Source of the DNA: an uncultured bacterium
Lineage (GTDB): Bacteria > Patescibacteriota > Minisyncoccia > Phycocordibacterales > UBA5272
Direction: 5' to 3'
NCBI GenBank assembly: GCA_903875555.1
Contig: CAIQWN010000045.1
Span: 1,535-65,534 of the forward strand
Length of the DNA: 64,000 bases
Shown here: piece after piece, positions 17,324 to 26,760 of the stretch
Numbering within the stretch: position 1 is the stretch's first letter
Layout: every line of letters starts with the position of its first letter
Notes under the pieces: generated by a model
Database searches by the model: none
What the model saw: only the letters and a program-made list of their open reading frames with translations
Told to the model about the DNA's origin: nothing
Position numbers and translations under genes: made by a program

Positions 17324-18353
17324 ATTCACCCTGTTAAATAAAATTTGAAACATGAAGCCAGTTTCAAATTTTAATTTTAAGATAACGTCTTAAAATTATT
17401 TAACAGGGTAAAAAACTTCAACAAAATCAAGTCTTTTCAAAGGTTCTGTCGTGTCCGTATATTTGCAATATATCATGAAAATATATAATTGTAACCATTG
17501 ACAAACAACTATATTTATGCTATATTTATAAGCGATTACGAACATATCTAAAAGTTCGTGAAAAACACCGTTCTGTAACAACATACAACAATTTTTTCGA
17601 GGAGAATTAAAATGTCTCAAACTCAACAAATAATACAAGAAGAGGGTCCGATTGATTTCTTGGTAAAGTCTTGGAAATGGATACTTTTTTGGTTTACACT
17701 TCTGTGTTTCGTTGGTATTTTTACTTTTGACAACGGAAAAATATCAACATTCTGGGGTGTGGCCACGGTGATTTCCACGATCACGGTGTCTGGATCATGG
17801 AATCGCGTCATAGACCTGATCGCAAAAATTCCTGGACTGTTTATGCTTGCATTGAAAAACTGGAAAGTCGTCTTACCGTCTGTGATGTGTACATACGCAC
17901 TGTGTGTCTGGTTAAATAACAATTTGACCACAAAACTGTTTATTGTGTCTATACTGTCGATACTAATTCCACTTTTTGTGCATTTCAAGTGGTACAACAA
18001 ATTATGGACAATACTCGGCAGCGCAATAAACGGCGGATTCAAGAAATATCCATTGGAAAGCTTTCTGGTTTTGATTGGAGTAATATCATTAGCAATAATT
18101 GTTGTCGCTTTCACATTCGGTGCAAGACCTGAAAGCTCTACTTTAATGTTTGTTGGTGGTATTGGATTATTCGGTAGTGGGTTGTTTCTTGTCTGGCTCG
18201 CTGGAAGATCTATCAAGAAAGCACTAGACCCATACGCAAACAAATATTTCGGAATAGAAGAGAAAAAGAAATAGACACAACAAGCAAGTTGTGTAACACG
18301 GCGGGATTCTAATCGAATCCCGCTGGTTTTATTTTTTATTTAACAGGGTGAAT
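17324..18353. mobile_element. Candidate non-autonomous cargo element with 20-bp terminal inverted repeats
   Basis: ATTCACCCTGTTAAATAAAA (17324-17343) and its exact reverse complement (18334-18353); third, internal arm at 17396-17412. Confidence 0.55.
17612..18274 (+). CDS. Hypothetical multi-pass membrane protein
   Basis: 220 aa, about six hydrophobic segments, GAGGAG SD, own terminator near 18299-18324. Confidence 0.75.
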   Translation: MSQTQQIIQEEGPIDFLVKSWKWILFWFTLLCFVGIFTFDNGKISTFWGVATVISTITVSGSWNRVIDLIAKIPGLFMLALKNWKVVLPSVMCTYALCVWLNNNLTTKLFIVSILSILIPLFVHFKWYNKLWTILGSAINGGFKKYPLESFLVLIGVISLAIIVVAFTFGARPESSTLMFVGGIGLFGSGLFLVWLAGRSIKKALDPYANKYFGIEEKKK

Positions 18354-18438
18354 ATTTTATGTTAGTATTTCTTTGATTGTTGCTTATATTAGTTTTATAT
18401 TCCTTAATTTCTATATATTTTGAGAAAGGTGGTACGAA

Positions 18439-18840
18439 ATGAAAAAAATACTTACAAATAATGGTGTTTCTGGATTCGGGTTTGGTGGGCACACAGATCA
18501 CCAAATTCAATCTGACTGTTTCACTCAAGACCAAATTTCATCTGTTGTTGATAGAATCAGATACATTTTAGGAGAGTCTGAACTAAGCCACGACAAACTT
18601 AATGAACCACTTGAAAAGCTTTTTGAAATGATACACTCACAATTTTTACTCGATGTTTGCAGTGTGTGTGATGAAGAAAATTTCAAAATACTTGAGACTT
18701 CAATTGAAAAAAGTGTTGATAATTACGAGGAAACACTGGCACGTCTCGTGCCAAACCACCAAGAAATACTTGAAAGCTCGAGAAGAAAAATCATAACTGA
18801 TGAAATTTATCATTTACTGATACAAAAAGTTCAAGAATAG
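18439..18840 (+). CDS. Hypothetical protein, paralog of 38277-38576
   Basis: IHSQFLLDVCSVCDEENFK versus IHTQFLLDAYNVCGEENFK. Confidence 0.75.
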   Translation: MKKILTNNGVSGFGFGGHTDHQIQSDCFTQDQISSVVDRIRYILGESELSHDKLNEPLEKLFEMIHSQFLLDVCSVCDEENFKILETSIEKSVDNYEETLARLVPNHQEILESSRRKIITDEIYHLLIQKVQE

Positions 18841-18854
18841 GGAGAAAATAATGA

Positions 18855-19149
18855 AAATAAAAAAGCCCCTGCTTTGTAAATGCGACTAATGATGTCGCAT
18901 ACACAATGCAGGGGCCTTTCGCTTTAGAGATTCTACATAAGTTTCAACAACTTAGATAATTAGTTAAGGACATCTAGGGGATTGTCCTTAAAAGAGCGAA
19001 TAATTTAGAAACAAATTATTAATTTTGGGCGGTCTTAAAAATAAACTCACTATGACCGCAAAATAAAGAACTGTTTTGGTGGAGGATTGTGCGAACTTAA
19101 TATCCCGTTACGCACGGGCGAGCGTTTTCACTACATCTCCTCTACCCTA
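18855..19149 (-). ncRNA. Candidate structured non-coding RNA of unassigned family
   Basis: ORF-free 490-bp gap with six consecutive stems, a minus-strand TATAAT at 19156-19161, and a long terminal hairpin followed by a U-tract. Confidence 0.45.
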
Positions 19150-19329
19150 ATTTATATTATAAACGACAGGAATTTTAACACAAGTGTCTTTAATAATTTT
19201 CCTGTGGATAACTGTCTTTTAATAAATTTAGTGTCTTTAATATTTCCTAAAATGTCCTTATAAACAAATAACTTTTTGGCTTTTTATTTTGCTTGCAATG
19301 TCTCTTTGTAATTTATAGAGTATCACTTA

Positions 19330-20073
19330 ATGCGATTACATCGCTTCTATACAACACAACCCCTTGGTGAAGAGATTGTTAAAATAGGTGATCAGAATAT
19401 AATAAATCAATTACTTAATGTCTTTCGATTTAAAGAAGGACAGGAGGTTATTTTGTTTTCACAAGATAATTACGATTATCACTATTTGATAGACTCTTAC
19501 ACAAAAAAAGAAATTACTTTTAAATTAAAAAGTAAAGAACTTAGCATAGTTCCACAAAAGAAAGTGACTTTGTATATGTCGCTTGTGAAAAAAGATACTT
19601 TTGAGACCGTTGTTAGAACTTGCACCGAACTTGGTGTTACACAGATTGTTCCAGTTATGTCTGAAAGATGTGAGAAGAAGAATTTAAACGAGGAAAGATT
19701 AAAAATTATATCAATCGAAGCCTCTGAACAGTGTGGACGGACAAATATTCCTATCATTTCACCAATCATTTCTCTAAAAGAAGCTATCGAAGCGCAGATT
19801 GTCGCAGAACAAACGCAGAATAACGCAGAAGGAACACAAACACGCAACATTGTTGCGTCACTTTTTGGTGAGAAAATTAACAGTGAAGATGTAAAAAAGG
19901 TTATTTCCTCACCTGTACTCAATATTTTTGTAGGACCCGAAGGAGGTTTCACCGATAATGAAGAAAAAATGTTTGACGAATCATGTTTCACTAAAATAAA
20001 ACTCACTGACACCATCCTAAAAGCCGACACCGGCGCCCAGGCAATAGTAGTACTTGCGATGATACTTGGTTAG
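19330..20073 (+). CDS. rsmE: 16S rRNA m3U1498 methyltransferase
   Basis: MRLHRFY, TELGV, EASEQCGR, FVGPEGGF, ILKADTG. Confidence 0.95.
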   Translation: MRLHRFYTTQPLGEEIVKIGDQNIINQLLNVFRFKEGQEVILFSQDNYDYHYLIDSYTKKEITFKLKSKELSIVPQKKVTLYMSLVKKDTFETVVRTCTELGVTQIVPVMSERCEKKNLNEERLKIISIEASEQCGRTNIPIISPIISLKEAIEAQIVAEQTQNNAEGTQTRNIVASLFGEKINSEDVKKVISSPVLNIFVGPEGGFTDNEEKMFDESCFTKIKLTDTILKADTGAQAIVVLAMILG

Positions 20074-20202
20074 TCATTAGGAAGTTATTCGTCGATAGTT
20101 AAATAATCTTAAGAGCTATGATATAATTTAATTATGTTTAAAGAGTCAACCTTGGAATGTTGAATATGGAAGAAAAATTTCTATTGAAGATCTTGAGAAT
20201 GA

Positions 20203-20604
20203 GATGGAATAAATTATGAAATAGTTTATGATAGCGAGAAGTTAGATCATATGTTTGCTAATTTAATTGATAACTCTATTAAATATACAGAGAAAGGAGG
20301 TGTGGTTGTTAAATTATATGGAAATGAATTTTATGTTTTGATAGATGTTGTTGATACTGGGCGAGGTATGTCAAAAACTTTTATCGATACTCAACTTTAT
20401 AAAAAATTTGCTCGTGAAGAAAATGTATCTACGAATGTGGATGGTAATGGTCTTGGTATGTATTTCGTAAAAGAGGTTGTTGAATTACACAAAGGAAAGA
20501 TTTCTGTTGTGTCAGAGCAAGGTAAAGGTTCTACATTTACTGTGGCCATACCAACGAAACTTAAGGAGCAGTCTAGTGAGGTTAAAGTAGGGGAAATCAA
20601 GTAA
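20203..20604 (+). pseudogene. Truncated sensor histidine kinase (HATPase_c domain only)
   Basis: N box NLIDNSIKYT, DTGRGM, GNGLGM, GKGSTF; in-frame TGA at 20200; no HisKA or sensor region. Confidence 0.7.
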
Positions 20605-20620
20605 ACTGTTTTAATACGAC

Positions 20621-20701
20621 AAACAACAAGAGCGACATCGTAAGATGTCGCTCTTGTTGTTTAGTATTCTCTGAGGAGGAATGTTTACGTCAGCCGAGGC
20701 A
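20621..20701 (+). repeat. Left copy of a duplicated hairpin plus 27-bp motif
   Basis: Hairpin 20621-20662 and GGAGGAATGTTTACGTCAGCCGAGGCA 20675-20701; second copy at 23509-23641. Confidence 0.85.
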
Positions 20702-20782
20702 AATATTAGACGATTCCTACGCTTGCTAGTTTTGTATATCTTCGATACCTCTCTAGATACGAAGCTAATTTTTATTCTTTGT

Positions 20783-21220
20783 CTATATCTTTATAGTATC
20801 TATTGTTGTTGAGAGTTCTATCCAATCAGTTTTTTTAAATCCTATACGCTCATACCAAGAAAGTGGAAAAATATTTTCTTCTGGCGACAACATACTAATA
20901 CTAAAAATATTATTTTTACGAGCTTCATTCACTGTATGTTTTAATAAAGATTTTCCTACGCCATTATTTCTATGCCTATCAATAACCTGCAACGACTCAA
21001 CAATTAATAAGTCACCGTGTTTACTTGTTCCAAGTTTACTAAAAATAGCTCCGAGAATCTCGTTATCTTTATCAACTGCCATAAAACAAAAATCTGGACT
21101 AATCAAATATGATTGCATAAGATATTTTTTAGCATTTTCAATACTCCACTCTGGAAACGAATCAACAAAAGATTCTGTTATTTTATCTAAAGCACGAGGG
21201 TCAAACTTTATTATTTTCAT
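20783..21220 (-). CDS. GNAT family N-acetyltransferase
   Basis: LQVIDRHRNNGVGKSLL acetyl-CoA motif; WYERIGF. Confidence 0.9.
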   Translation of the reverse strand: MKIIKFDPRALDKITESFVDSFPEWSIENAKKYLMQSYLISPDFCFMAVDKDNEILGAIFSKLGTSKHGDLLIVESLQVIDRHRNNGVGKSLLKHTVNEARKNNIFSISMLSPEENIFPLSWYERIGFKKTDWIELSTTIDTIKI

Positions 21221-21222
21221 AT

Positions 21223-22335
21223 TTAATTAGTTATTTTTTTAAAGACTAGTTCCATTTTAGAGGTAATCTGTCCTAGAAGTTCTTCTTGGGTTTTATTTTT
21301 ATGTTTTATAGAAAAATATTTTTTTATTTCATTAACTGTGTCAGGTCTGGCAGTGATTTCTGATTTTACACATTCAAACTTATATCCAGACTGTTTTAGT
21401 TTATCATTAGCGTGAAATAAAATCTTTTCTTTATATTTTTCTGGACTCATCGGACAGAAAGCATCTGAATCAGGATCAGGAATTAAATAACGTTCGTCTA
21501 TTTCTTTCCAATCATTAGCAAAACTAATAATTGTTCCATTTTTAAAATCAGAAACATAATTTCTATAGTGAAGCATTAACTCGGCAGCAGTACCAAATGG
21601 CATTATTACACTTGCTTGGCCTTCTGACAGAATAGGATAATCATCTTGTTTATTTCTTTTGTCTTTCATTTTTTCAACTTCATCTTTATTCCAAGTGTCA
21701 AATGTTCTAAATCTTTCTCTAAAATAACTATAAAAATCTTTTACATCTTGGTCTAAAAAAGATATTTCAATCAGGTCGTTAATCTCTGGCCCAGCAAAAT
21801 CACGCAAAAGCAAGACACCGTTATTAGATAAGGTCATAGAGGCTTCCTGAATCGCTTTTATCCAAGCTATTTTTCCATCTTCTACATAACTATATATTTC
21901 ATGCATTATTGCAGACAGAACAATACCATCCATATAATCATTGGTATATTTGAAAGGCATTTCTACGGCACTACTTTGCACTAACAAAGCCCGCACATTG
22001 TGTTCTGTTAAATATTTACGTGCTGATGATAGGGCTTTTTTAGAAAGATCAACTCCTATTATTTCTGTATGTTTTTCTTTAAACAATTCATATAAAACTC
22101 TTAATTCTAATCCTCCTCCTACACCAACAGAGGCTATCGAATGTGGATTTTTTAAAAAATTAATTATTGGTTCTAATTTTTTTACAAAATTTAAAAATTC
22201 TTCCTCAGAATATTTATTTATCGCTTCAAAGTATTGATTAGGCGCATTGTCTAAATGTTGCCTTGCTGATTCAATATCTATATGTGTTTCTTTTTGTGTC
22301 TCTACATATTCTTGAGTGGAGTTTATTTTTTCCAT
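21223..22335 (-). CDS. Class I SAM-dependent methyltransferase with a long C-terminal extension
   Basis: ASVGVGGG, IIGVDLSKKAL, SAIMHEIYSY, LSNNGVLLLRD. Confidence 0.85.
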   Translation of the reverse strand: MEKINSTQEYVETQKETHIDIESARQHLDNAPNQYFEAINKYSEEEFLNFVKKLEPIINFLKNPHSIASVGVGGGLELRVLYELFKEKHTEIIGVDLSKKALSSARKYLTEHNVRALLVQSSAVEMPFKYTNDYMDGIVLSAIMHEIYSYVEDGKIAWIKAIQEASMTLSNNGVLLLRDFAGPEINDLIEISFLDQDVKDFYSYFRERFRTFDTWNKDEVEKMKDKRNKQDDYPILSEGQASVIMPFGTAAELMLHYRNYVSDFKNGTIISFANDWKEIDERYLIPDPDSDAFCPMSPEKYKEKILFHANDKLKQSGYKFECVKSEITARPDTVNEIKKYFSIKHKNKTQEELLGQITSKMELVFKKITN

Positions 22336-22384
22336 TTTGTTTAAGGTTGTTTATATGATACAGTCTAACTTATATATTATAACC

Positions 22385-23032
22385 ATGACAAGAAGTCTAA
22401 AACAAGTACTCATTAAAATAGCCGAGGAGTTACAATCAAGGTCTGATCCTTCACATGATTTTCAACATGTCCTGAGAGTGCTTAACCTGTCTTTAAAATT
22501 AGCAAAAAAAACTAACGCTGATATAGATATAATTATTCCAGCTGTGCTTTTTCATGACATTGTTATCTATCCTAAAAACTCACCTGAAAGTAAAAATGAG
22601 AATACCGAAAGTTCTATTGTCGCTGAAAAAATATTAAATGGTATTAAAAAATATCCCAAAGAAAAAATACCTAGAGCGGTGTCTTGTATAAAAGAGTGTT
22701 CATTTTCTAAAGGACTTAAAGCTAGCAGTTTAGAATCAGAAATCCTTCAAGATGCTGACCGTCTTGAAGCCACTGGCGCAATATCAATTATGCGCACATT
22801 TTCTTCTGGAGGACAAATGAATAAACCTTTTTACCCATCTGAAGACCCGTTGTGTAAAAAAGGTTCTGTTAGATTTAGATCAAGTATAGATCTTTTTTAT
22901 GAGAGATTACTCGTAGTTAAAGATACAATGCACACAGAGTATGCAAAAAAAATAGCTGAACAGAGGACTAATTTTCTAAAAAAATTTTTAAAACAACTAG
23001 AAAAAGAACTGAAAGAATCAAAGGTGATGTAA
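22385..23032 (+). CDS. HD-domain phosphohydrolase (YedJ-like)
   Basis: DPSHDFQHVLRV, LFHDI, LQDADRLEATGA, FYERLL. Confidence 0.92.
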   Translation: MTRSLKQVLIKIAEELQSRSDPSHDFQHVLRVLNLSLKLAKKTNADIDIIIPAVLFHDIVIYPKNSPESKNENTESSIVAEKILNGIKKYPKEKIPRAVSCIKECSFSKGLKASSLESEILQDADRLEATGAISIMRTFSSGGQMNKPFYPSEDPLCKKGSVRFRSSIDLFYERLLVVKDTMHTEYAKKIAEQRTNFLKKFLKQLEKELKESKVM

Positions 23033-23070
23033 GTCAATAAATAAAAATAGTGACGTGGTATAATTCAAAT

Positions 23071-23499
23071 ATGAGCCTAGAAATTACTCCACAATATTCG
23101 CATGTTGGTGTGTATGGTGTTTACATTAAAAATAATTCAGTGTTGTTAATCAAAAAATCACGCGGACCATACAAAGGAATGTATGATTTACCAGGAGGAA
23201 GAATTGAGCAAAGGGAGACAATTGAAGAAGGTCTAAGAAGAGAATTTATTGAAGAAGCTGGTGGAGAAATAACGAACCAAACATTTTTATCCGAGAATGA
23301 ATACACCGCCCCTGATTATAAAGGTGAACCATTTCGTCACTTTGGTACATATTTTACAGTCTCTCTTTCATTAGATAATATTAAGATTGATCCTGATGGT
23401 CACGATTCTCTTGGTGCAGAGTTTATTAGCCTTGATAAACTTGATCAAGTAGAAATCTCTCCGATAGTTAAACCAATGATATTGAAAGCAATTTCTTAA
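23071..23499 (+). CDS. NUDIX hydrolase
   Basis: RGPYKGMYDLPGGRIEQRETIEEGLRREFIEEAG; GHDSLGA. Confidence 0.92.
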   Translation: MSLEITPQYSHVGVYGVYIKNNSVLLIKKSRGPYKGMYDLPGGRIEQRETIEEGLRREFIEEAGGEITNQTFLSENEYTAPDYKGEPFRHFGTYFTVSLSLDNIKIDPDGHDSLGAEFISLDKLDQVEISPIVKPMILKAIS

Positions 23500-23508
23500 A
23501 TTTAACAC

Positions 23509-23641
23509 AAAACACAAGAGCGACATCGTTAGATGTCGCTCTTGTGTTTTATATTTTTTATTTTTAAATTCTAGACACTGGATTCCCGCTTTCGCGGGAA
23601 TGACACCCAATAACGGAGGAATGTTTACGTCAGCCAAGGCA
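23509..23641 (+). repeat. Right copy of the duplicated hairpin plus 27-bp motif, with a family A REP between them
   Basis: Hairpin 23509-23550; REP on the minus strand at 23575-23605 (TGTCATTCCCGCGAAAGCGGGAATCCAGTGT); motif 23615-23641. Confidence 0.85.
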
Positions 23642-23754
23642 GTATTTGGATGGAATTCGAAGTTGTTTTTGTAAAAATATTATGAGGTGTACAAATCGTA
23701 CAGTGAAGAATATTTTTACAAAAACAACAAGAAGTACGCCAAATAATGGCTCGG
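23632..23754. repeat. ~120-bp long-hairpin miniature element, family C
   Basis: Inner IR TTGTTTTTGTAAAAATATT / AATATTTTTACAAAAACAA around TGTAC-AAATC-GTACA. Confidence 0.65.
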
Positions 23755-24807
23755 TTATTTATTACCCTCTAAAAATTTGAGAACCTTCTCATTTGTAAGA
23801 ACTTGAAATATATATCCACGGGCGCGTTCCTCATCTAAATCCTGAATTGTAGCAAGTAGGCGAGTTAGTTCTGTTTCAATCTCTTCGTCTGTTGGTTTGA
23901 TTTTTTCAACCAAAGAAATTTCTGCAAGAACAAGTTGTGAAAGGGTTCTCTTTTCTGCGTTTAATCTCCAGTCCTTTTTCAATTCTTCTTCTGTCTTCTT
24001 TGAGTGAGTTAAATAATCTTCCCACTTGCCACCGAAACGAGCAACATCATTTTTCATTTGACCAAGCATTCTTTCGAGTTCTTGCTCGATCATCACCTCT
24101 GGAATTTCTGCTTTACTTTCTTTGATCAAATTTTCGATTATCGCTGTACGAATTTTTTCTGTGTTCTTTTGTGACTTTTCTAATTTTAGATTTTCAGAAA
24201 TTTTCTTTTTCAAATCTTCAAGAGATTTAAATTCTTCGCCGAATGATTGTGCAAATTCGTCGTTCAATTCTGGAAGATTTTTTTCTTCGTCAGTATGTTC
24301 ACATTTTTCTCCATCTTTGTGTTCGTGATCATGATGGTGTTTTTCTGCGCGACCCTTGCGAAGTTCTTCAAGAACATCTGCGATGTCTTTATCAGTTACA
24401 GTTTCCATTGTATGTTCCTTAGATTTTTCTTCTCCAATTTTTTTGTAATTAGGAAGTGTGACCTCTGGCATAACAGGTACAGTGATAGTTAATTCCAAAT
24501 CATTTCCTTTGGCTAATTTTTTAATCACAACATTTGGATCTGCGACTGGAATTATTTTGTGTTCCTTGATTGCTTCCATATAAGCATCACGAAGTGCAAG
24601 GTTCGCCATCTCTTCTAATAGAATCATGTCTCCATAATTTTTTGTTATAGCATCTTCTGGAGCGTTGCCTTTTCTGAAGCCATCAACAGAAACAACTTCT
24701 TGAATTTTTTTAAATCCTTTGTCGTGATATTTTTCAAAATCTTTTGAAGGTATTACAATATCAAATTGAACTTCACTTTTTTCTAATTTTTTAATTTCTA
24801 TTTTCAT
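23755..24807 (-). CDS. tig: Trigger factor, apparently lacking the FKBP domain
   Basis: VDGFRKGNAP ribosome-binding motif, PELNDEFA; only 350 aa. Confidence 0.93.
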   Translation of the reverse strand: MKIEIKKLEKSEVQFDIVIPSKDFEKYHDKGFKKIQEVVSVDGFRKGNAPEDAITKNYGDMILLEEMANLALRDAYMEAIKEHKIIPVADPNVVIKKLAKGNDLELTITVPVMPEVTLPNYKKIGEEKSKEHTMETVTDKDIADVLEELRKGRAEKHHHDHEHKDGEKCEHTDEEKNLPELNDEFAQSFGEEFKSLEDLKKKISENLKLEKSQKNTEKIRTAIIENLIKESKAEIPEVMIEQELERMLGQMKNDVARFGGKWEDYLTHSKKTEEELKKDWRLNAEKRTLSQLVLAEISLVEKIKPTDEEIETELTRLLATIQDLDEERARGYIFQVLTNEKVLKFLEGNK

Positions 24808-24846
24808 GAGTTAGTTAGTAGTTAATCGTTAGTAGTTTAAAAATTT

Positions 24847-25383
24847 TTATTTCTTGAACTTGCTCTTATACAACTCCATAGATTCAAGAATAACTTCTTT
24901 CGCCCTTTTCGCATTATTCACTCCGTTTATTTTCACAATTTTATTTTGAAGGTGTTTATATGTTTCGAAGAAATGAATTATTTCTTTTATTGTATGTTGA
25001 TTAACATCTGCTAAATCTTTCACATGCTCAAAACGTGGATCACCAACTGGAACAGCAATAATCTTTGCGTCACTTTCGCCATCATCTATCATATCAACAA
25101 CAGCAACAGGACGAACATCAACTAGCACGCCAGGGAACAATGGATTAGTTGTTAGAAGAACAACATCTAGCGGATCACCATCGTGCCAATTTGTTTGTGG
25201 AACAAATCCGTAATCGAACGGGTAGTCTTGTGACGTATGCATCGCGCGATCAAGTTTGATAAGACCAGTTTCTTTATCTAGTTCATATTTATTTTTTGAA
25301 CCATTATTTATTTCTACAATTGTAGTTATTATATCTGGGACATTTTTTCCTGGACTAATATCGTGAAGTAAATTTAAACTCAT
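24847..25383 (-). CDS. ppa: Inorganic pyrophosphatase, family I
   Basis: NKYELDKE, YGFVPQT, DGDPLDV, HFFETYK. Confidence 0.98.
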   Translation of the reverse strand: MSLNLLHDISPGKNVPDIITTIVEINNGSKNKYELDKETGLIKLDRAMHTSQDYPFDYGFVPQTNWHDGDPLDVVLLTTNPLFPGVLVDVRPVAVVDMIDDGESDAKIIAVPVGDPRFEHVKDLADVNQHTIKEIIHFFETYKHLQNKIVKINGVNNAKRAKEVILESMELYKSKFKK

Positions 25384-25449
25384 AGTGTTTATTAGGTGTT
25401 AGATTTTAGGGACTAGGGACTAGAAAATCCAAAGCCACAAATTAATAAA

Positions 25450-26760
25450 TTATTTTGTTTCTTCTGTTACAGTTTCATCACTTGAAACTTCTGATACATT
25501 TTCTAGTTCAATATTTTTTGGAACGGTTTCTTCTGTTACATTTAATGCTTCAATTATTTCCTCTACTTCTTCATCAATCGTTTCATTGATCATCATACTG
25601 TCGATAACAGCTCCTTCTTCGGAAGCTTCTGCAAGAATTTCTCCACCTGAAACAATATCTATTTTCCAACCTGTAAGTTTTGCAGCAAGACGAACATTCT
25701 GTCCACCTTTACCAATTGCTAATGATTGTTCTTCTGGAGATACAGTAACCACTGCCTTTTTTTCTATTTCATTTGCTTCAATAGATAATGCTTTCGCTGG
25801 TGATAAAGCTGTCGCAATAAATTTACGAATATCATCACTCCACTCAATCACATCAATTTTTTCTCCAGCTAATTCATTTGTAATCGCAGTTACACGAACA
25901 CCACGTTGCCCAACACACGCTCCGATTGGATCGATTCTTTCATCGTTTGATTTTACAGCAATCTTAGAACGACTTCCTGGTTCGCGAGCAACAGAAACAA
26001 TTTCAACTATTCCTTGTGCGATTTCTGAACTTTCGTTTTTGAAAAGTTCAATTAAAAATTTTGGATGTGTGCGTGATAGACGAATAGATAAACCTCTCAT
26101 TCCTTCTTCAATAGAAAATAGATATGCGCGAATTCTTTCTCCGGCACGAAGTCTCTCTGATGGAATTTGTTCTTCGAAAGGAATAATTGCTGTTGTTCTT
26201 CCAAGATCAACAAACACAGAACCTCTTTCGATTCTTTGAACTGTTCCTTGAACAATAGTTCCTTCGCGTGATGCGAATTCTCCAACGATTGATTCTCTTT
26301 CTGCTTCGCGAAGTTTTTGAACAATAACTTGCTTTGCTGTTTGTGCTGCGATACGTCCGAAGTCATCTTGATTATCAAGAGGGAAAATAATTTCTTCTCC
26401 GAGTTCTGCATTTTTCTTAAACATTTTCGCATCTCCAAGCAACATGTGACGCTCTTCATTGAAACGAGGAAGTGCTATTTCTCCTTCCTTCACTTCTTCT
26501 GCTTTTTCAAAAATTTCTTCTTCTCCTTCTACAGGCATTCTAACTGTTGTCTCATCAACAATAACTTTCACTTGCTCAAAAGAAGTTTCACCTGTGTCAA
26601 AATTAATCTGGCAACGAACAATTTGTCCACGCTTGCCGTATTCTTTTTGGTAAGCGGCTGCGAGAGATTTTTCTACCGCATCCACAACTTTTTCGTGTGA
26701 AATTTTCTTTTCGTTTTCTAATTGCTCAAGAGCGATTTTTAAAGCTTTAATATCTAACAT
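25450..26760 (-). CDS. nusA: Transcription termination factor NusA
   Basis: FGRIAAQTAKQV, AREPGSRSKIAV, SLAIGKGGQNVRLAAKLTGWKIDI. Confidence 0.99.
   Translation of the reverse strand: MLDIKALKIALEQLENEKKISHEKVVDAVEKSLAAAYQKEYGKRGQIVRCQINFDTGETSFEQVKVIVDETTVRMPVEGEEEIFEKAEEVKEGEIALPRFNEERHMLLGDAKMFKKNAELGEEIIFPLDNQDDFGRIAAQTAKQVIVQKLREAERESIVGEFASREGTIVQGTVQRIERGSVFVDLGRTTAIIPFEEQIPSERLRAGERIRAYLFSIEEGMRGLSIRLSRTHPKFLIELFKNESSEIAQGIVEIVSVAREPGSRSKIAVKSNDERIDPIGACVGQRGVRVTAITNELAGEKIDVIEWSDDIRKFIATALSPAKALSIEANEIEKKAVVTVSPEEQSLAIGKGGQNVRLAAKLTGWKIDIVSGGEILAEASEEGAVIDSMMINETIDEEVEEIIEALNVTEETVPKNIELENVSEVSSDETVTEETK

Noticed and set aside
19077-19147. Possible tRNA or tmRNA end (CCTCCACCA on the minus strand)
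   Set aside because: No matching acceptor stem or proper T-arm; kept only as part of the unassigned RNA candidate.
20200-20202. TGA read-through (genetic code 25) to extend the histidine kinase
   Set aside because: TGA ends other genes here and long conserved ORFs have no internal TGA; truncation is the simpler reading.
23371-23637. ORF containing VIPAKAGIQ, and the similar N-terminal extension of the GIY-YIG ORF (49958-50068)
   Set aside because: These are translations of the family A palindrome; the GIY-YIG start is better placed at 49957.
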